Origin: an uncultured Mariniplasma sp.
GTDB lineage: Bacteria > Bacillota_I > Bacilli_A > Acholeplasmatales > Acholeplasmataceae
Reading direction: 5' to 3'
Length of the DNA: 64,000 bases
NCBI GenBank assembly: GCA_964655445.1
Contig: CAZZMZ010000001.1
Span: 8,390-72,389, forward strand
The notes under the pieces were generated by a model that searched no databases, was not told the origin of the DNA, and was given only the letters and a program-made list of their open reading frames with translations. The translations under genes were made by a program, and so were the position numbers. Below, one piece after another: positions 1-8,620 of the stretch (position 1 is the stretch's first letter; each line of letters begins with the position of its first letter).

Positions 1-339
1 GATGGTATGAACGATGCACCTGTACTTCAAGCATCCACACTTGGTATCGCGATGGGTGGCATTGGTAGCGATGCTGCGATTGAAGCATCCGATGTTGTGA
101 TTATGAATGATGATCCATACCATGTATTTTTAGGTTATAAAATATCTAAAAGAACTATGGGCATCGTCTTTCAAAATATCGTGCTTGCTATTGGTATTAA
201 ACTCATTGTACTAGTCATGGGAGCTTTAGGATATGCAAATATGTGGCTAGCGATTTTTGCTGATGTAGGTGTTTCCATTTTGGCTGTGTTTAACGCCATG
301 CGCATCTTTGAAATTAGAAAAAAGAAATCTATTAATTAA
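1..339 (+). CDS. Heavy-metal-translocating P1B-type ATPase, C-terminal part (5' truncated by window)
   Basis: Frame from base 1 reads DGMNDAP (GDGxNDAP hinge), then GIAMGGIGSDAAIEASD, QNIVLAIGIK and WLAIFADVG, typical of CadA/ZntA-type pumps. Confidence 0.9.
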   Translation, partial: DGMNDAPVLQASTLGIAMGGIGSDAAIEASDVVIMNDDPYHVFLGYKISKRTMGIVFQNIVLAIGIKLIVLVMGALGYANMWLAIFADVGVSILAVFNAMRIFEIRKKKSIN

Positions 340-401
340 GTCAAAGTAATTTGACTTTTTTAATCAAATGTTATCGATGTATAATAGGATTAGGTGATGG
401 T

Positions 402-2360
402 ATGGATCTTCAACTAAAAGATCTCAAAGGTATTGGACCACAAATGTTACATATCTTAAGAAACAATGGCATATGGAAACCATATGACCTTCTTTTAAAT
501 ATCCCAAAATCCTATGAAGATTTCTCCATAACATCCATTGAAAAATGGCATCATAAAGAGACTATCACATGTCTAGGTCATATTACATCAGAGCTTAAAT
601 TAATAAGAGGATATAAGAAAGATCGCGTACATTTTCAAGCGAAAATTTATAACCACACGATTGACATCATCGTTTTTGGCAGAAATTATTTAATCAAGGA
701 ATTTAAAAAAAACGATTGTGTTCTCATCAAAGGCACTTATGACTTATACAAAAATTCGATTGTTGCAAGCACAATTTCAAGACAAGATAAACAAATAGAA
801 ATCAAACCTCATTATCGTATTGAAGGTATCCATGATTTAAAACTCACACACATCATGAAAGATCTTTTTGAAAGTCAAACATTACCTATCTATGAGAATC
901 TACCTAAGGAACTTCTAGACGAAAGAAAACTCATGTCTAGAAGAGAGGCTTTCTACCAACTTCATTTACCACAAACCTTTGAAGCGATTGATGAAGCTAA
1001 AAGAAGACTTAAATATGAAGAAGCTTTTTTTATGCATCTAAATATGAAGAAAGATGAGAAGATTGAAACAAGAGCACCGAAACCTTATGATATCCATCAA
1101 GTTCGAGCACTCATTGAAAAAATTCCTTACACGCTTACTTTAGATCAGAAAGAAGCGGTTAATGATATTTTTAGAGACTTTAAAAAGCCCTTCACATTCG
1201 AAAGGCTCATTCAAGGAGATGTAGGCTCAGGTAAAACTATGGTCGCATTGCTTGCTGCTTACGCGATTGTTACAGCTAAAGAACAGGTTGCCGTTATGGC
1301 ACCCACTGAACTTTTGGCAAGACAACATTATCAGTATTTTAAAACGTATCTCAAAGATGTCAATATTGCATTACTTACTCGAAAAACAAAAGATAAAGAT
1401 ATGATGAAACACATGATCTTTTCACATCAATATGATATCGTTATAGGTACACATGCCCTTATTGAAGAGGATGTTCTTTTTAAACAACTCGGTTTAGTCG
1501 TGATTGATGAACAACATAAATTTGGCGTATCAACAAGAGAAAAACTTATTGAAAAAGGAAAACATAAAGATGTACTCTATTTAACCGCAACTCCGATTCC
1601 TAGAACGCTAGCAATGTTAACCTATGGCTATGCTAAGATCTCTTTGATGAAAGAAAAACCAAAGCGTAGAGAAGCCATACTTACCAAATATATTACTAAA
1701 CAAACCATTGATGATATGTATAGTATGATGCATTCAGCACTCATTAGAAAAGAACATATTTTCCTAGTGGTACCCGCTATAACATCTGATAAAGTCACAG
1801 ATAATATCGAAACCGTTTATCAAGAAATCATTCAAGAATTTCCTCATGCACCTATCTTTATGCTGCATGGAAAACTTTCATCTGATGATCAAGATCGCAT
1901 GATGGAAAATTTTATCACGACACCAGGTAGCATACTTTTATCAACAACCATGATTGAAGTCGGCATTGATATCCCTACAGCGACTTTAATTGGTATTTAT
2001 GCTGCAGAAAACTTTGGACTTGCACAACTACACCAATTAAGAGGTCGAGTTGGTAGAGGGAATCTCGCTTCATTTTGCTATCTTATATCAACTAAAGAGG
2101 ATGTAGAAAGACTTGATATGCTTGTTCAGTCAGATGATGGTTTTAAGCTTGCTGAATTTGATTTAATTGAAAGAGGACCCGGTGATTTCATTGGACATCT
2201 CCAATCTGGTTATTTAGATTTTAAATATTTAGATATTTTAGAAGATGAAGAGATTTTCCTTACAGCAAAAGAGGATTTAGAAAAGATCATGAATCAACCA
2301 GATTTTAATAGCAATCCCAAGTATCGTTATTTGTATAAGACGTACACGAAACAAACATAA
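402..2360 (+). CDS. recG: ATP-dependent DNA helicase RecG
   Basis: RLIQGDVGSGKT, MAPTELLARQH, IDEQHKFG, TATPIPRTL, QLHQLRGRVGRG; ATG 402 with AGGTGA SD preferred over TTG 351. Confidence 0.95.
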   Translation: MDLQLKDLKGIGPQMLHILRNNGIWKPYDLLLNIPKSYEDFSITSIEKWHHKETITCLGHITSELKLIRGYKKDRVHFQAKIYNHTIDIIVFGRNYLIKEFKKNDCVLIKGTYDLYKNSIVASTISRQDKQIEIKPHYRIEGIHDLKLTHIMKDLFESQTLPIYENLPKELLDERKLMSRREAFYQLHLPQTFEAIDEAKRRLKYEEAFFMHLNMKKDEKIETRAPKPYDIHQVRALIEKIPYTLTLDQKEAVNDIFRDFKKPFTFERLIQGDVGSGKTMVALLAAYAIVTAKEQVAVMAPTELLARQHYQYFKTYLKDVNIALLTRKTKDKDMMKHMIFSHQYDIVIGTHALIEEDVLFKQLGLVVIDEQHKFGVSTREKLIEKGKHKDVLYLTATPIPRTLAMLTYGYAKISLMKEKPKRREAILTKYITKQTIDDMYSMMHSALIRKEHIFLVVPAITSDKVTDNIETVYQEIIQEFPHAPIFMLHGKLSSDDQDRMMENFITTPGSILLSTTMIEVGIDIPTATLIGIYAAENFGLAQLHQLRGRVGRGNLASFCYLISTKEDVERLDMLVQSDDGFKLAEFDLIERGPGDFIGHLQSGYLDFKYLDILEDEEIFLTAKEDLEKIMNQPDFNSNPKYRYLYKTYTKQT

Positions 2361-2400
2361 AGTTATGATATAATAATATAAGAATGAAAGAAGGTATCCT

Positions 2401-3399
2401 ATGATTCGTTTAAGTGTAGATGGCATGGGTGGCGATTACGCACCAGAGCCAATTGTTAAAGGTACATTAGAAGCATTAAACACTTTTTCAAACATCGAAA
2501 TCACACTTTTTGGTGATACAGAAAAGATGAAACCTTTTTTGAAGGAACATCCAAGACTGAAGGTAGTTCACACACCTTACTATCTTGAAATGGGTGAAAA
2601 AGACCCTATCAAGGTTTATAGAACTAACAAAGAAATGTCGATGTTTATGGCTATGCAATATGTAAAAGATGGTCATGCAGATGCAGTGATTTCAGCAGGA
2701 CCAACACAAGCACTGGTTGTAGGTGGACATTTTATCGTCCGTAAAATGCCTCAAATGAAAAGAGTAGCTATAGCACCAATCATTCCATCTTATGATCAAA
2801 GAGGACGCATTCTTATGGACTCTGGTGCCAATGTTGATTTTAAACCAGAACATCTCGTTGATTTTGCAGTTTATGCATCAATTATGGCAGAGAAAGTTTT
2901 AAAGCGTCCAAATCCCAAAGTAGCTTTAATTAATATAGGCACCGAGGAAGGTAAAGGACGTGAAGAAGATAAAGAAACATTTAAACTACTTAAAGACCAT
3001 CCAGATATCAATTTTTACGGAAACTTAGAACCTAAAGAAGTTTTCACAACTGAAGCTGATATTTTAGTATCTGACGGTTTTACTTCAAATATCGTTATGA
3101 AAACGATGGAAGGTACAGCTAAAGGATTAGGTATGGTATTAAAACGAGAAATTAAGTCATCGCTTATTTCAAAAATTGGTGCTCTATTTATGAAAAAAGC
3201 ACTATATCGCTTTAAAAAATCTTTAGATGCATCAGAAATTGGTGGTGCATTACTTATGGGTTTTAGCTCTGTCGTTATTAAAGCACAAGGATCTTCTCAA
3301 GCACGTGGATTTTTTAACGCGATTCGTCAAGCCAAGGAAATGGTTGAAGCGAACGTGATTGAACTCGTCGGAGAAGCACTTAACAAAAAGGAAGGTTAA
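2401..3399 (+). CDS. plsX: Phosphate acyltransferase PlsX
   Basis: VDGMGGDYAP, DSGANVD, LINIGTEEGKG, DGFTSN, GGALLMG; recG-plsX-rnc synteny. Confidence 0.95.
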   Translation: MIRLSVDGMGGDYAPEPIVKGTLEALNTFSNIEITLFGDTEKMKPFLKEHPRLKVVHTPYYLEMGEKDPIKVYRTNKEMSMFMAMQYVKDGHADAVISAGPTQALVVGGHFIVRKMPQMKRVAIAPIIPSYDQRGRILMDSGANVDFKPEHLVDFAVYASIMAEKVLKRPNPKVALINIGTEEGKGREEDKETFKLLKDHPDINFYGNLEPKEVFTTEADILVSDGFTSNIVMKTMEGTAKGLGMVLKREIKSSLISKIGALFMKKALYRFKKSLDASEIGGALLMGFSSVVIKAQGSSQARGFFNAIRQAKEMVEANVIELVGEALNKKEG

Positions 3400-3405
3400 T
3401 ACAAG

Positions 3406-4080
3406 ATGAAAGCATTATTAACAATGCTTAATCTTCCTTATAAAGATGAATCGCTCTATATGATGGCATTAACACATGCATCATATGCTTATGAAAATCA
3501 AACCGAAAAAAACGAGAAACTCGAATTTTTAGGTGATGCAGTCATTGAACTTCTCATGAGTGATTATCTTTATAATGAAGATTTAGCCGATGAAGGTATT
3601 ATGACAAAAAGACGTGCACAAGCTGTATGCGAAGAAGCACTGGTTATTTATGCACGCAAAATTAAGCTTGAAGACTATATGCTCCTTGGAAAAGGGGAGC
3701 TTGCAAAAGGTCCAAATGATAGCATGATTGCAGATGCATTTGAAGCTATTTTTGGTGCAACCTATTTAGACTTAGGATTTCAGCACGCAAAAAAACTATT
3801 TCAACGCGTGATTGTGCCTAATTTAAATCATGTTTGGAAAATTAAAGACTACAAGTCATCGCTTCAAGAATATATTCAAAGTGGTGATAAAAGAAATATT
3901 AGTTATCACATCGTGAGTGAAAAAGGACCTTCTCATGATAAAGAATTCGAAGCTGCTGTGAAACTAGATAATCATATCACTTTAGGTTTAGGTAAAGGTA
4001 AAACGAAAAAAGAAGCCGAACAAAATGCCGCAAAAGATGCATTAAAGAAAGGTAACTATGATTTTAAAGAAGCTCTATGA
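3406..4080 (+). CDS. rnc: Ribonuclease III
   Basis: ALTHASY, NEKLEFLGDAV signature, ADAFEAIFGA, C-terminal dsRBD (DYKSSLQE...KKEAEQNAA). Confidence 0.96.
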   Translation: MKALLTMLNLPYKDESLYMMALTHASYAYENQTEKNEKLEFLGDAVIELLMSDYLYNEDLADEGIMTKRRAQAVCEEALVIYARKIKLEDYMLLGKGELAKGPNDSMIADAFEAIFGATYLDLGFQHAKKLFQRVIVPNLNHVWKIKDYKSSLQEYIQSGDKRNISYHIVSEKGPSHDKEFEAAVKLDNHITLGLGKGKTKKEAEQNAAKDALKKGNYDFKEAL

Positions 4081-4672
4081 TGAGTATGATTTACCCATCG
4101 AACGTATTTTACTCAAAGAATATAAGCGTTTAAAAATCACCATGCAAGACATGAGTGTTTTAATTGCGCTTTTTTCAATTCAAAAGAAGAGAAAGACGTT
4201 TTCAATGCTTGCGATTGCAAGACGTGTTGAGTTTAGTCAAGATGACATTGGTCGATCGGTTGAATCACTTATTCAAAAGGGCTTTTTAGCCATCTCTTTA
4301 GAAAAGAAAGATGGAAAAGAACGAGAAATATTTGATTTAGAAGGCACTTTAGAAAAAATAGAACAACTATTTCTTCAAGATGAGAAAGATAAAATGATCT
4401 TAGCAAAAGCTTCACATATCGAAGAAACAATAACGCTTTGTGAACAAGGTCTTGGTAGAGCACTTTTAAATTATGAACTCGAAACCATTCGTAGATGGTA
4501 TGACGAAAAAACATTTACACATGAGCAAATCATTAAAGCAATTCAATCAACAGGTGATCGTTTAAGTATCAAATATGTTGAACGCATCCTCAATCAAGAT
4601 GCGTTGCCAAAAATTGAAATTGATGCTGAAGTCGAAGAAGCACTCGATGAAATCTATAAGAGTATTAAATGA
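4058..4672 (+). CDS. dnaD: DnaD-like primosomal protein
   Basis: N-terminal winged-helix-like region, GRALLNYELETIRRW and SIKYVERIL resemble the DnaD C-domain; adjacent to nth as in Bacillus. Confidence 0.7.
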   Translation: MILKKLYDEYDLPIERILLKEYKRLKITMQDMSVLIALFSIQKKRKTFSMLAIARRVEFSQDDIGRSVESLIQKGFLAISLEKKDGKEREIFDLEGTLEKIEQLFLQDEKDKMILAKASHIEETITLCEQGLGRALLNYELETIRRWYDEKTFTHEQIIKAIQSTGDRLSIKYVERILNQDALPKIEIDAEVEEALDEIYKSIK

Positions 4673-5313
4673 GTAGAGAACAAGCTATATTAAATGCTTT
4701 AGAAATGATGTTTCCAAACGCTCATGTCGAACTTGACCATCGTAATCATTTTGAATTGTTAGTGGCTGTTGTATTATCAGCTCAAACGACAGATATCGCA
4801 GTGAATAAAGTCACACCTAAACTATTTCAAGTTTATCCAACACCTTTTGATATGGCAAAAGCTTTGCCACATGAGATTGAGCCCTTGATTCAAACCATTG
4901 GTCTATATAGAAATAAAGCGAAACATTTAGTTCTGCTCAGTCAAGCACTTATAAAAAAACATCAAGGGATTATTCCATCCAAAAGAGAAGATCTAGAAGC
5001 TTTACCAGGCGTAGGTAGAAAAACAGCAAATGTAGTATTGTCAAATGCTTTTGGCATACCTGCACTCGCTGTTGACACACATGTTGCACGTGTTTCAGTA
5101 AGACTTGGACTTGCAAAAGACAAGGATTCAGTTTTAGAGATTGAAAAAAAGTTAATGAGAAAATTTCCGAAAACATTATGGTTAAAATTGCACCATCAGC
5201 TTATTTTTTTTGGAAGATATCATTGTTTAGCAAAAAAACCAAAATGTTATGCTTGTCCTTTATATGATTTATGCAAATTTGAAGAAAAAGAAACTTTTAA
5301 AGCGAATATGTGA
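4669..5313 (+). CDS. nth: Endonuclease III
   Basis: LLVAVVLSAQTTD, HhH LPGVGRKTANVV, VDTHV, Fe-S cluster motif C-x6-C-x2-C-x5-C. Confidence 0.96.
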   Translation: MSREQAILNALEMMFPNAHVELDHRNHFELLVAVVLSAQTTDIAVNKVTPKLFQVYPTPFDMAKALPHEIEPLIQTIGLYRNKAKHLVLLSQALIKKHQGIIPSKREDLEALPGVGRKTANVVLSNAFGIPALAVDTHVARVSVRLGLAKDKDSVLEIEKKLMRKFPKTLWLKLHHQLIFFGRYHCLAKKPKCYACPLYDLCKFEEKETFKANM

Positions 5314-5323
5314 TTCGCTTTTT
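5299..5323 (+). terminator. Intrinsic terminator overlapping nth stop
   Basis: AAAGCGAAT-atgtg-ATTCGCTTT stem followed by T run. Confidence 0.65.
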
Positions 5324-5336
5324 CTATAAACCTTAA

Positions 5337-5366
5337 TTGACTTAGCATATGAATTTTTCCTATAAT
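5337..5366 (+). promoter_or_regulatory. Sigma-A-type promoter of the RRNPP-like regulator
   Basis: TTGACT-N18-TATAAT, followed by AGGAGA SD before ATG 5393. Confidence 0.7.
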
Positions 5367-5392
5367 ACTGATTAAAAAATAGGAGAAACAGT

Positions 5393-6634
5393 ATGAAAAT
5401 TACTAGTACAATCTATCGAAGGCATTTTTTAAAAAGGCAAGATAGTGGCATGACAGAAGACCAAACTATTGGTTCAGCACTTAGATATGCTAGAGTCATG
5501 ATGGGGTTAACCTTAGAAGAGGCAGCAGAGGGCATATGCAGTGTCTCTTATCTATCCAAACTTGAAACAAGTAAAATCAAAGGTAGTAAAAAACTGCTTG
5601 ATCAACTAACAGAAAGATTCAAAGTCAGACAATCGTCATCTGAAAATCGCTATCAATTTGAAACCGTTTTAAACCATTTACTAGACTACTTGCTTATGCA
5701 TGAACCATTTAATGATCAAGTCGTTGAACCATTATTATCGTATACAGATTATCAAGGGCTTATGTGTCAACTCATCTTAGCATTTATTAACCAAGATGAT
5801 TCAATGTTTTCAAAGTTATTTTTCGAAATGGATTTTGTAATTTCTACCTTAAAGGATTATGAGTTTGCACTTTTAACAAGTGTCGTTGCACAGGTGCTCT
5901 ATCGTCATGGAAAATATCAACAAGCCTATGAGGTCATGACATTTATACCAAAGTCCTTTGATCTTCCTTACGGCATATCTATTATTCAAAAACATATTCA
6001 ATTATCTTGTGCTTTAAAGTTAAATAGAACCATCGATTTAATCAACAATTATCACGACTATTTAAATGAACTTGCACGCATGCATTTCATGGCACTCTAT
6101 AAAGATATGCGCTTTAAATTTCTCGAATACGAAGCGTGCTATCAAAAAGAAGAACGCGCGATTAGAACATATGCATCTGAAAGAGAGCTAGATGCATTTG
6201 ATAAAACATATTTATCGATTAAAACACTTTATTATAATGGACAATATAGTCAAGTGCTTCAAATGATTGGGAAAGATTATCATAAGCATCAAGGCATCTT
6301 TGCGATATATCTTATGACCTTAGATTTACTCAATGAAAAAAATAAAATAAAGGAAGTATTAACACTTTGTGATCGGAAACATATAAATTGCACATATGCT
6401 CAAAGTATTATTAAACATCTTGAAATGAAACTATATGGCACTAAAGAAGAAATCTTAAAGTACTTAAGAAACGATATCATGTACTTGAAAAAGTTTCCTG
6501 AAGATATTATGCTTATAGAATACTTGATGTTGGACTGTCAAAAACTATTTGAGCTTTATCAATATTATAAAGAAGCGAACCAAGTGATTCACCAAATGAT
6601 GCCAATGATTTTTAATCTAAGAAAGGCCATATAA
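5393..6634 (+). CDS. XRE-HTH transcriptional regulator with long helical C-terminus (RRNPP/PlcR/NprR-like)
   Basis: IGSALRYAR...GLTLEEAAEGICSVSYLSKLE HTH_XRE motif; ~330 aa helical, TPR-like remainder. Confidence 0.7.
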   Translation: MKITSTIYRRHFLKRQDSGMTEDQTIGSALRYARVMMGLTLEEAAEGICSVSYLSKLETSKIKGSKKLLDQLTERFKVRQSSSENRYQFETVLNHLLDYLLMHEPFNDQVVEPLLSYTDYQGLMCQLILAFINQDDSMFSKLFFEMDFVISTLKDYEFALLTSVVAQVLYRHGKYQQAYEVMTFIPKSFDLPYGISIIQKHIQLSCALKLNRTIDLINNYHDYLNELARMHFMALYKDMRFKFLEYEACYQKEERAIRTYASERELDAFDKTYLSIKTLYYNGQYSQVLQMIGKDYHKHQGIFAIYLMTLDLLNEKNKIKEVLTLCDRKHINCTYAQSIIKHLEMKLYGTKEEILKYLRNDIMYLKKFPEDIMLIEYLMLDCQKLFELYQYYKEANQVIHQMMPMIFNLRKAI

Positions 6635-6649
6635 AGCACAATACCAAGG

Positions 6650-6686
6650 CTGGATAGTGTTAAATTATCCAGTTTTTTGTTTTTTT
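6650..6686 (+). terminator. Intrinsic terminator
   Basis: CTGGATA...TATCCAG stem plus long T tract. Confidence 0.7.
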
Positions 6687-6718
6687 ACCCTAAAAAGAAT
6701 GCATTTTGCCTGATTAAA

Positions 6719-6747
6719 TTGACTAAAATTCATTTACACTATATACT
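6719..6747 (+). promoter_or_regulatory. Sigma-A-type promoter of ABC exporter operon
   Basis: TTGACT-N17-TATACT; AAGGAG SD before ATG 6773. Confidence 0.7.
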
Positions 6748-6772
6748 TAAATATGGCTAAGGAGAGCACATC

Positions 6773-8620
6773 ATGAGAACATTAAAATTATTCAGCTTAG
6801 CAAAAGGGTTCTTATTACTGTTTTTGGTGGCAGCACTACTCACTATTTTTCACCAATATACGTATTCAAATGTACCTTTATTTACGCAGTATTTATTAAA
6901 AACTTTATTAGATCATCCAGGGATTGCTCCAGGTAATGTCTCTGTAGGTGAAGTGAATTTGCCACGTTTTTTAATACTATTCTTTGAACGTGATGAAGAA
7001 ATACTATCCATTATTATGCGCATAGCGATTGCACTTATGGTATTACAAGTCTTTAGATTTTCTATGCGATTCATAGAACTATGGTTAAAAGGCGCACTTC
7101 AAGAAAAGCTTGCAGAGAAGATGAGAATTAGATTATACAGCCATATTCAGGATTTAAATTATGCATATCATAATAAATCTGATAGTGGGGATCTCATTCA
7201 AAGAGTGACTTCAGACGTTGAAACAACAACGGGCTTCTTAACGGGTCGTATGCTCGATGTTGTTCATTTATTTTCGACCTTGTTTTTCGGTGCATACCAA
7301 CTGATATTCATTAATCCAACCATGGTTTGGGTGGCATTGGCAATTGTACCAATCGTTGGTCTCGCATCATCTATATACTTTGTTAAGATTGAGAAAATAT
7401 TTGATGACATAGAAAAAACAGAATCAAAAATGATGACTGTTGTACAAGAAAATTTATCAGGTTCAAGAGTCGTTAGAGCTTTTGCGAATGAAGCTTTTGA
7501 AGTTGAGAAAATGGAAGTCAAAAATACTGAGTATCGAGACGCTTTAAAAAGAGCAAATAAAATTGTTGCCATTTACTGGGGTGTCATGGATTTTATCGCG
7601 ATTAACCAATATTTAGTGATTATCGCACTTGGTGTTTATAGTGTTCAAAATGGCACAATGGATGCTGCAGGTGTCGCTGCATCATTAGCTCTGATTGGCA
7701 TGCTTATATGGCCAATTCGTGGTTTAGGACGCATTATTAATGACTTTGGTAAAGCACTTGTTGCATCTGATCGTATCAATGAAATCTTAGATCAACCAAG
7801 TGAATATTTAAATGATGGCACACTAACCCCTGAAGTTAAAGGTGGCATTACTTTTAAACATGTATCATTTAAGTTTGATGATACTAATGATCATTTATTA
7901 AAAGATGTAAGCTTTGATATTAAACCTGGTCAAACGGTTGCTATTATTGGTAGAACAGGTAGCGGGAAATCGACGATTATTAATTTACTACTTAGAATGT
8001 ATGATTACGATCAAGGCGATATTTATATCGATGGTATAAGACTTAAAGATATTTCCAAAAAATATATCAGAAATCATATCGGCGTTGTTTTACAAGAGCC
8101 TTTCTTATATTCAAAAACTGTTTATGAGAATATCGCCATTGCACACAAAACAGCGGATAAATTTAAAGTATATAAAGCTGCAGAAACAGCAGCCTTAGAA
8201 AAAGATATAAAAACATTCAAACAAGGTTATGAAACACTTGTTGGTGAAAAAGGAACGACTTTATCAGGTGGGCAAAAACAACGTGTTGCTATCGCACGCG
8301 TACTAGTCTCAGATAAACCTATCCTTATTTTTGATGATGCCTTAAGTGCAGTTGATACCAAGACAGACTTAATGATTCGTGAGGCATTATTAAATAAAGA
8401 TTATAAACATACAACCATTATCATTACACATCGTATTACAACTGCTAAAGAAGCAGATCAAATTATTGTCTTAGATCAAGGGCATATTGAAGCTATCGGT
8501 ACACATGATGTTTTATCTAAACAACCAGGTTTATATAAAAAATTATGGGATATCCAAGGAAAACTTGAGCACGAGTTTAAGGCAATGTTAAAGGAGGCTA
8601 GTGAAGATGTATCAAGATGA
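6773..8620 (+). CDS. ABC exporter permease/ATP-binding subunit (heterodimer, degenerate Walker B)
   Basis: TM domain plus GRTGSGKS, LSGGQ, ILIFDDA (Asp in place of catalytic Glu). Confidence 0.9.
   Translation: MRTLKLFSLAKGFLLLFLVAALLTIFHQYTYSNVPLFTQYLLKTLLDHPGIAPGNVSVGEVNLPRFLILFFERDEEILSIIMRIAIALMVLQVFRFSMRFIELWLKGALQEKLAEKMRIRLYSHIQDLNYAYHNKSDSGDLIQRVTSDVETTTGFLTGRMLDVVHLFSTLFFGAYQLIFINPTMVWVALAIVPIVGLASSIYFVKIEKIFDDIEKTESKMMTVVQENLSGSRVVRAFANEAFEVEKMEVKNTEYRDALKRANKIVAIYWGVMDFIAINQYLVIIALGVYSVQNGTMDAAGVAASLALIGMLIWPIRGLGRIINDFGKALVASDRINEILDQPSEYLNDGTLTPEVKGGITFKHVSFKFDDTNDHLLKDVSFDIKPGQTVAIIGRTGSGKSTIINLLLRMYDYDQGDIYIDGIRLKDISKKYIRNHIGVVLQEPFLYSKTVYENIAIAHKTADKFKVYKAAETAALEKDIKTFKQGYETLVGEKGTTLSGGQKQRVAIARVLVSDKPILIFDDALSAVDTKTDLMIREALLNKDYKHTTIIITHRITTAKEADQIIVLDQGHIEAIGTHDVLSKQPGLYKKLWDIQGKLEHEFKAMLKEASEDVSR

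Noticed and set aside
351..401. Upstream near-cognate starts given by the ORF track (recG 351; likewise 17641, 31239, 37949, 43280, 56189, 58946, 61030)
   Set aside because: The extensions run through promoter/SD sequence; downstream ATGs have better SD spacing
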